A stretch of DNA of 56,699 bases, filler included, from Sphacelaria rigidula (Eukaryota), in NCBI GenBank assembly GCA_964200075.2. It is 6 parts of 6 records of this genome, joined end to end, with 100 filler letters (N's around TTAATTAATTAA, not from the genome) between each part and the next. Parts side by side here need not be neighbours in the genome. Positions count along the whole stretch, not along the records: positions 47,335 to 56,699 come from CAXNAA020008668.1; 5 more parts are not named here. One strand, written 5' to 3'. Each line of letters begins with the position of its first letter. Position 1 is the first letter of the stretch. The notes under the pieces are model-generated. The model saw nothing but the letters and a program-made list of their open reading frames with translations. It ran no database searches and was not told the origin of the DNA. Below are positions 48,605-56,699 of the stretch, one piece after another. The translations under genes and the position numbers were made by a program.

Positions 48605-49308
48605 GAGCAATGCTACGGTAGGGGTCTACGTTTTGTGCAAAACCGTGTCTAGTTCAGGGGCTCCTAGCGATTCTAGATGCACAAGAATATCGGTGTGTGT
48701 ATTATCGATTGCAAATTCATTCAGGATATCCCTGGCACATAAGAATAGTAATCCTGGCGTACTCTCACATATTTCATAAGAAGTCGTGGTATGCATGAAA
48801 TAAAGGGCTCTTAACAATTCTAATATGAGAAAATATTTGTGCACCCCTACCACGAGATTCTACTAATCGGGGATGGATTTTTTACTGGGGATCAAAACCC
48901 GGAAAGTTAAAATCTTCGTATCCATACCAAATCTTCGAAGTAGGGTTCTATTCTTCCACTTGCTGGTTGCTATTGAGAACTAGCACATGCCATACAAATT
49001 TGGATTTCGATGACCGCAATGTCGGAGTCCTAGGTCAAAAACCAATTTTGGCGTCCGATCGGATCATCTAAATCCCCCAAAATGGTTTTCCCCCTAGAAC
49101 CTCGACATTTCGGTGATCGAGATCCAAATTTGTATGGCGTGTAGTAGTTGCCAATAGCTACTAGGAAGTGAAGAAGTGGGATCATGTTTCGAAGATTTGG
49201 TGTGGATACTTGGTGGATATGAACATTTTAATTCTCCGGGCTCCCATCATCAATAAAATATCCATCCTCAATTTGTAAAAACCCATGCTCCCTACCGTAG
49301 CATCACTC
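48605..49308. mobile_element. Sola-like MITE family B copy 2, containing MITE C copy 2
   Basis: gagcaatgctacggtagggg...cctaccgtagcatcactc, perfect 4 bp TSD GTCT. Confidence 0.85.
48851..49287. mobile_element. Foldback MITE family C copy 2, inserted in the right TIR of MITE B
   Basis: Homologous to 47657-48095; imperfect ~8 bp TSD acccctac/ctccctac. Confidence 0.85.
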
Positions 49309-51708
49309 GTCTCTTCCAAGAGTTCACCATTGTCACCTTTTGGCGCATCATCTAGAAAACTCGAGTCTGAGACGATGGTCGGGCCGGGCTGGCTGCGAAC
49401 CGCTTTGCGATCGCGTCGACCAAGGCTACGCCGAAGATGTTGAACAACAGCGGGACGGAACGCTCTCTTGATTGAGTCCCTGGAAGAAGTGGGACCGCGT
49501 TGATCGTTCGACGGTTGCTGATATGGCGTCGACTAAGGTAGAGGAGTATCACTTCCATCACTCGAAGATTAGATCTTTGTCTCGTAGTATATTCTCGTTC
49601 TCGTCTCTGATGTATTGCTCACTCTCTACACGTTTCAGGTGTCTGCATTATCCTCTCATGTCCCCAACTCGAATATACTCCTCCAACTCTCTAGCACATG
49701 GATAACCTCTTGCAGTTCCCTGCACGTTACTCGCAATATGCGCCACGAAGATTCATCTCTCGGTGATCCCAATCGCACCGTCGATTTCGCTCTTTCCCTG
49801 TCATTCCATCCCTCATCGAAGTCCGTTAGGATTGCAGTACTATCCTCGCACTACCCAGGTATATGTGACTTTCGGATAAGGCGTGGTGCTATCTATTCGG
49901 AGGCACTCAGGAGTACGTCAGCAAAGTTTGTAGCCAGTGCACTGACTGTGTTGCCAGATCAACCCTGCTCGAGCTTGCTGATGAATAGCTGGATCGGCTG
50001 CTTACATCTGTCGGTGCCAGATATTATTGCCCGCCTGCCGATCGGTTTGCGCCAAATTGGGGTTCGCCTACGTCTGTTGTGCGCGAAGCGACCAAGGAGC
50101 CGCACTGAGGCGCAAACGATATTGTGGTCGGAGCCCGGCGAGTTGGGTGATTGAAGGTAGATGACGTTGCGAACAAAGCTGCGGGGATCTGCCGTATGAA
50201 GATATATCCAATGCGTTTTCAATACCCTGAAACGTACGCGATGTGCTTCCGTTAGGAGTGGAGAAAAACGTGTTGACAAGGTCGCGTCTATTGCCACCTG
50301 TGAATGGCAGTGAAGAGGTGTCGTTACTGTGGTTAGTTCGGGAACCCCGGCCGTATGGCCCCACTATTTTGCATTACTCCGTTCGTACCCCAGTCTTCGC
50401 GTTAGTGTCCACTAAAATATACAGGTATACAGGTGGTGTTTGCTCGGGACTCGGTTCACAGTGCTGTCCAACTAAGTCCAGAACATATCCTCTCCCGCGG
50501 TTGACTTTGATGCGTTCCTACGGGCATCGACAACTACAAACGTAGCAGCTTTTGACTTGTCTGCGAAGTTGAAAGTCATCGTCATGGAGCGCTTTGCTGA
50601 TGAATGCCTGAGTCCACGTCGCCTTAGTGCAGAATCAAGACCATGGAAACTTTCTTGGCATGCCCAGTGAAACAAGACACCTCTGGCGGAAGCTTTGCTG
50701 CTGCTGGCGTGGCCCACAGGGGGGCTGGCATACTGCAAATGGTGAGCTGCGGGGCGCTTCTTCTGATGTACAGTCGTTGGCCACTGTGAAGAGGGGTAGT
50801 GCCTTCAACTTTTCGATCATCCTTCACTCTGCTGAGGCCAACACAAGCTTTTGCCTGAGGCGAGATATGATTTGACCACGAGCAAGAGCGTTGTCGTAAT
50901 ATATGGGTCACTTGCTATTTCATTTGTGGCCCATGACGTAGAGCGCTGACCAAACAAGTCTTGTCTGAGATAGCTTGTGGATGAGGTTTCAAGCAGCCCA
51001 GCAGCAACCAGCCAAGAGATATGCCCATGTTGGTACGCCGTTGTTTTCTTAACCGGCACCACACAACAAGCAAGGGAAAGGACCTGAGGTATTTTAGACG
51101 TGCCGAGAAGACACGACTGTATTAACCACACAGGACTACTACCGGACTAGTATCGGGACATACATGTACACGATCCTGAGATGACCGTGTCGTCGCGACA
51201 GGTTGTTCGTGATGGTTCCATCTCTGCGCCTCGACACGGTACCACGCCCAGAGCAGCAGCTCAGTTTTTTACCCTCATGGCGCATGCTGTTGATCCCCTC
51301 TCTAAAGCCCATAAAATTTATCTTTTGATAGCCTCAAAACAGGTGACAAAAACTGAGAGGTGCTTTCCTCAGTTTCTCGAGTGCGCGAAGAAAAACAAGT
51401 TCACAGGTTTTGAAAGATATCTGGAAATTATATATAGGGGATACTATGTGAGAAAACTAAGCTGTATCATTCGTGTTTCGGAATCGAAATGTCGTTACTG
51501 AAGCCCCCAGGAAAAATCATGAAGGACAGATACTCTTTAATGAATCAAATTCTCCGTTTACACCTCTATGAAACATTTTGTTATGGATCGCGGCGTAATG
51601 GTGGAAGAGTAATACGAGGATGAGCCCAGCTGTTCGTCTGACAGGCTCGGAGGGCTAGTTGGTGTGACCTACGGGTATTCCAACTAGAGGAGAGGGAAGG
51701 TCTCCGTT

Positions 51709-54700
51709 TGTAACGGTTACAGACACGCCTCCGTGCGCGCCGTGGTTGCATTACCCGGCGGAACCCTTCGTTTTACTCTCTACGTGAGCAAAACAAGCTG
51801 CGAGCTCATGTGAATGTATTGAGGCAATCAAAACCACCACTACAAAAGAGAAATACCATCGCCTGAAGCTGTGATCAAGACACCCTGACATTCAGGATGA
51901 GCTGTTCTGCATTTAACTGATCATCCCTTGTGCCGGATACCGTTTGCTGTCATCATTCTGCCTTTTGCTGTCCGATAATGATGAGCCTGTATATACAGTC
52001 AATACATGCTGTACTGTACATGGATGAATATGTCGCATGTTTGTTTGAAGTAGCTAAATTCTATGTTTACTCCCCGACACTTGAAGATGCGTCCACAGCG
52101 TGTGTACAGCGATCATGATAACCTACGCGATTGAGACAATAGTAGAAACGAACTAGTGCACGGACAAGCCAAAGAGAGGCTCTCATACCTTGACTGTTCG
52201 TAACATGGTGTTTCCAACGTTGGTCCAACCTACTCCGACACAAGCTGTATCCCGCCAGGGATCCAGTCCTGAAAAATTGTCGATACCGGAAGCGTGGGAT
52301 TTTTGCACCATCGGAGGGGAGTAAACGCCATTTTAGCTGGAGCAAAGAACGATGCGCAGCAGCTGTGGAAACAAGCCTAAGTCTGGCACCACAGCAAGAG
52401 TAGCCACCGCCTACCAGTAACGGTTTTACTGGACACCGGGGCAGGGGGGGGAGCTACGCGTCGAAGCTTTGGTGGAGGTCGTTAGTGACGCGGGGTAATG
52501 TAGCAAATAAGTTACAACAACAAGGAACATAATTTTTAAGGTTGCTAACACTAGTAAGAGTAGGATACCTACGATGAAGATCCTAGGGTCAGCGGTAATT
52601 TCGATTCGTTCCACCCAAAGTTTAGGGTAAGGAAGGTATGGGGCAGGGTGGTCGACGGGTTATCTTATGTTATAATGATGGGATAGCTAATGCACTGGCT
52701 GAGGCCTCTCAGTGCGAGTACCGGGAGATACCATTGGGTCCAGCTAACCCAAGCTCTCACGTGGGCACACTGTACGACCTATAGCTATCCATCATGAACA
52801 ATCACACAGTAGGTTCATCCATGTGCAGACTGTTGCTTAGGAACTCACGTGTTTCATAGCGTCATGTTAAATCTACAAGCAGCTCTCTTACTCAGTACAG
52901 CCGCGGCGCAGCCATAGGAGCAGAGCGTGGTGATGGCCCAGGGTTGACCACGGCAAGGCCGGTAACTGATGGAGGTGAGTCAAAGTGGCCTGTGGTCGCG
53001 GCTGAACAATCCTAACTAATGACAGTAGCAAACGCAGTAACAACTCGTCACGGAATCCAGGGTCTACGAGCAGACCCGCACATCGTGACATCTTACTGCC
53101 ACCAAGCTTCATCACACCTATGGACTTATTTCGAGAGCGAGTTTCTCCTGGAGAAACAAGAGTACTGTATCTTTCAAAGCGCGATCAGGTTTTCGGTCTT
53201 CACCGGATGCGCCGTGGGTACAGTTCGTGTCTAACGATTCCCCAAAACTCGGAGCTGTTGACATCGACCTCCCCAACATCCAAGGAGGCTCGGCAGCGTG
53301 GGACCCCTTCTGTGCTGTCAAGCAAGCGCGCCGATCGACGACTCGACGGGGACTTTGTCTGGTGGGAGCGAATTGGCAGCATGAAATGAGGTGTGGAAAG
53401 ACCTTGGAGTGGCGTGGGAGGACGATGCTACGCTTCAATGGCTGCTGCATCTAATAAAGGACGTGAGGTTAGAAGATTTTGCTAGCAAGCTAGTCCTTGG
53501 TTACGTGCGATCGACGCCAGCATGGGCAGCCGCCTGTGCCACGGTTCGAGAGAAGGACGGACGGTAGTTTACGACTGTGTTAGGATTATCGTGGACTGAA
53601 CGAACTTCTGGAGTCATACAGGGGCGGTTTAAGGGATATGCAGACCATGCATAGTGGGCTAGCAGAATCCAAGTACGTTACGAGTGTTGATTCAGCGAAT
53701 GGATTTTTCCAGTTGGAGGTTGAGGAAGTGTTTTGGCAGCCAAAGATTTCGTGGAGGTGATATGCTGATGCGGACTGGAAGGCGTTGGATTTTGTTGGAG
53801 TAAACCAGATTGAAAAGGGAGTCAGGCTGGTACGTACGAGTCCGGGGCGCGGTTTTTTCCCACAACCTTGTGGAAGAGATGCAACCAGAAGTGTTGGTAG
53901 GCAATACAAGTCGAGTTGCACCAATCGAACGGGCCGAGCCGGAGTCGGCATTAGCCAGCGTCGCTAGAGAGTTAGTCGAGCCATTCCTTTCATCAACCCC
54001 TGTGACAACGCTGATCTTGGAGGGTACTGCTGTGATGATACGCCCTCCTGATGGGAAGGAGCTCGTTGCTCCGTTGTCAAGCGGAGCTGGGTGTCTCACT
54101 GAGCAGGCCTCAGTCTCAGCCGTGCAGGCGGGCGCACCGTATCGGAAAAGACGGACCTATGTGGTCGCCTTGAATGCTGATCGTCGGAGGGAAGGACGAC
54201 TGCGAGCGTGGAAGCAGCGAGTGGAAGCGTACGCCGTTGCCTTCCCCACGTTGGGTTAGTCATTAGGGCGGACATATATTTATTTTTCTGATGCCGATAG
54301 CACACGGCAAGGCGATTCGTACTTCCGAGGATCCGATGCCCAGGTTATGTCGTGCTCGGCTGACGAAAGGGAAACCAAGGCGCGAGGAATTTAGACCCCA
54401 TAGGGCAGACGCAGGTGGATGGGGAGAAGCAGTCGAGCTGGAAAGAGTCGATTTCGTGGAAGTTGCGACTACTCTCGACTGTTGCGAGGCACCACCCACG
54501 GAAAATGACGACGCCATGCCAGAGGTTGTGGCTTATTCCGTTCACCCGTGGATGATGAAGGCGGTTCTATCAAGTGGAAGCGGAAGGGTTGTTTAGCCTG
54601 ACTCAGATCCAGGGTGAGGATGAGGACTTGAGCACGCTCGCTGCGATGTGGCCCTGTGACCAAGTAGAGTTTCCAGAGGCTTGGGAAGCCGCTGTAACTC

Positions 54701-55560
54701 GTTCGTCGATTCAAGAGACAGAAATTAGACCAAGACCCTGGTGGGAGGGAGGCTTCAACTGAGAAGCCACGGATACCACGTAAAGGTAACCCTCGGATCG
54801 TTCTCGAGCAGCCGAGAGCGGTTCTGATGAACGAGCCGCGACTAGTTTTGCTGCAAGAGCGGGACTCCCCGCTTGGGTCCATCAGCGATAGGTTAATGTA
54901 GGAGAATGAGGACGGAGGAACAGTAAGAGGCAGGAAGCATAGGTTCTAAATGATGACGATCTTCTATGGCATACCTCGCCTAGGGCGCCAGGTGAGTTAG
55001 CTATTCCACGCAGTCTAGTGCCTGGCCTGCTGGCGTTGGTGCACACTACGCATGGGCACGCCGGAGTGATGAGGACGACTGCAGTAGTCAACGCACGCTA
55101 TGAGTGATATGGTCTTTTCGCCGACACTCGCAAATACGTACTGTCTTGTGGATGTCGCCGACGCAAGCGTGCTAATAGTCACACCATAGCGATGCGACCC
55201 GCCCGCTTCTTGCAGCACTGGGAGATGATGCAGATGGACATATCGGACATGAGCAGGTTTCTACTTAAGGTAATAGGTACTTGTTGGTTGTTGTGGATCG
55301 AGCGACCAAGCTTCTCTGTGCTTTCCCACTAGCAGCCAAGGTTACTGAGCACGTAGTTAAGGGTCTGTTAAAAATGTCCTTTGCGTTCGAAATACCCTAC
55401 CTCCTTTGAAGTGACGCTGGGGGGGAGTTCATTTCGAAAGTAATAAACCATGTATGCCACGTGGATGAAGGTGAAAGTGGATCACTTCCCGCATTTCACC
55501 CTCGCGACCAGGGCGCGGTGGAAGGATACGGAGGGTGCACCCGTGGACAAATAGCACCCT
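51709..55560 (+). mobile_element. Highly decayed Ty3/gypsy retrotransposon
   Basis: RT remnant (KDG...DYRGLN...D.ANGFFQL, about 53520-53720) precedes integrase (HTTHGHAG, RYLLVVVDRATK, SDAGGEF, about 55000-55550), the gypsy order. A possible LTR at 51709-~52428 with a TGG PBS-like site is less certain. Confidence 0.75.
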
Positions 55561-56699
55561 GTGGGGCGCACTGTGCAGGGTCCGTACAGGGTCCTCCACA
55601 GTCTTTGTGAAAAAACCCTGACAGTGAAAAGCCAAACCTGTACCCCTCGTAGCGTTTTGATCGGGCTTTCCCCAGGGTTGGATTTGCAGCCCTATCTAGG
55701 CACGTCGGCAAAGCCCTGCACAGTCCTGTGGTAGTGTTTTGGTAAAAAACCCTGACGTTCTTTTTTTCTTTATTCCAAATACTTTGGTACAAAATCTTTC
55801 AATTTATGTATTTTCAATAAATAGCTTGTCCTCCTGTCCGAGGTAAATTCCTCTTCACCCAATTTGAATCGAGCGAAAAGGAATTTATTTTGGACAGCAG
55901 GACAAGCTATTCAAAACAAATATTTTTTTCGCCCCACTTATTTCGGCCAAAACAAAATAATACTTCGAACCGCAGAAGAAGCTGTTCAAGATCGATCCTT
56001 TTTTCTCCCTTTTTTGAAATGAGCGAAAAAAAATCTATTTCGAACAGCTTCTTCTGCTGCGCAAATCCCATGCACACTCGCAGATTTGGAATTTGAACAG
56101 CAGAAGAAGCTCGAAATAAATATTTATTTTCCCCTCCAATTCATCCAGAGATTGGGGGAAAAATATTTATTGCAAGCAGCGTCAGCTGCGGGGCAAATCC
56201 CGCATACTGCATCGTCGCCAGCGCATGGGATCCGACACGCAGAAAAAGTTGCTGAAAGGTATTCATCCTTTTGCCCCCCCAGTCCGTGTGTACATGGGCT
56301 GAAGGATGAATAGCTCTCAACAGCTTTCGCTGAATAGAGATCCCACACGTTGGATACATGTGTATGTCCACACCTGTTCTTCGTCTGAAACCTCTGGGAA
56401 GGCGTGGAAAGATGCTGGACGGTCGGGTATACCTGTCTATGTATGCACACTTTTCACAAAACCCCGTATTGCATCGTCTACCAACACGAACCACGTTTTG
56501 AAAATATCACTTAATCAATCGTATACTAATAGTATATGTAGACCATCATCACCCCAAGATATAGCTATACGCCGTATATATATCACCGCACACAAATTGA
56601 ACATCAATGAACGCACCCGCCCGCACAACAGTATTATTCCGCCCGGCTATACCACCACAACCCCGCAGCAAAGAGCACGGGTTGGGCACAGGGATATAG

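Larger units (their letters stand above)
48580..50545 (-). mobile_element. Degenerate LINE (APE endonuclease plus RT fragment, RTE-like), interrupted by nested MITEs
   Basis: Endonuclease motifs FVVV...EDMFW, LVDTNAKTG, TFFSTP, SDHNIV; RT motif PLLFNIF at about 49430-49460; homology continues across the MITE at 48605-49308. Confidence 0.75.

Overview
This is eukaryotic, repeat-rich DNA, most likely from a brown alga (Phaeophyceae). The evidence is an EsV-1-7 repeat gene, short GT-AG exons in multi-kb introns, TTAGGG repeats and a dense transposon load. The window is not one locus. It is six contigs of 9368, 9367, 9367, 9366, 9366 and 9365 bp, sorted by size and joined by an artificial N44-TTAATTAATTAA-N44 linker, so nothing can be inferred across the gaps. 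Host genes: an intronless EsV-1-7 (C-x4-C-x15/16-C-x2-H) tandem-repeat protein, two exons of a secreted discoidin/F5-8C-like protein, two exons of an NAD(P)-binding Rossmann (CIA30/TIC62-like) protein, and a polyQ terminal exon. Mobile DNA: an RT-deleted Ty1/copia with both LTRs, three decayed Ty3/gypsy elements, a LINE fragment, a tRNA-derived SINE and several MITE families. The best leads are (i) the EsV-1-7 array, whose hypervariable position recalls TALE or zinc-finger recognition codes, (ii) a TGT...ACA MITE carrying variable-length telomeric repeats, (iii) gypsy integrases ending in a chromodomain plus a second PWWP/Tudor-like domain, and (iv) a long hairpin with a near-perfect core. All family assignments come from motif recognition by eye; no searches were run.
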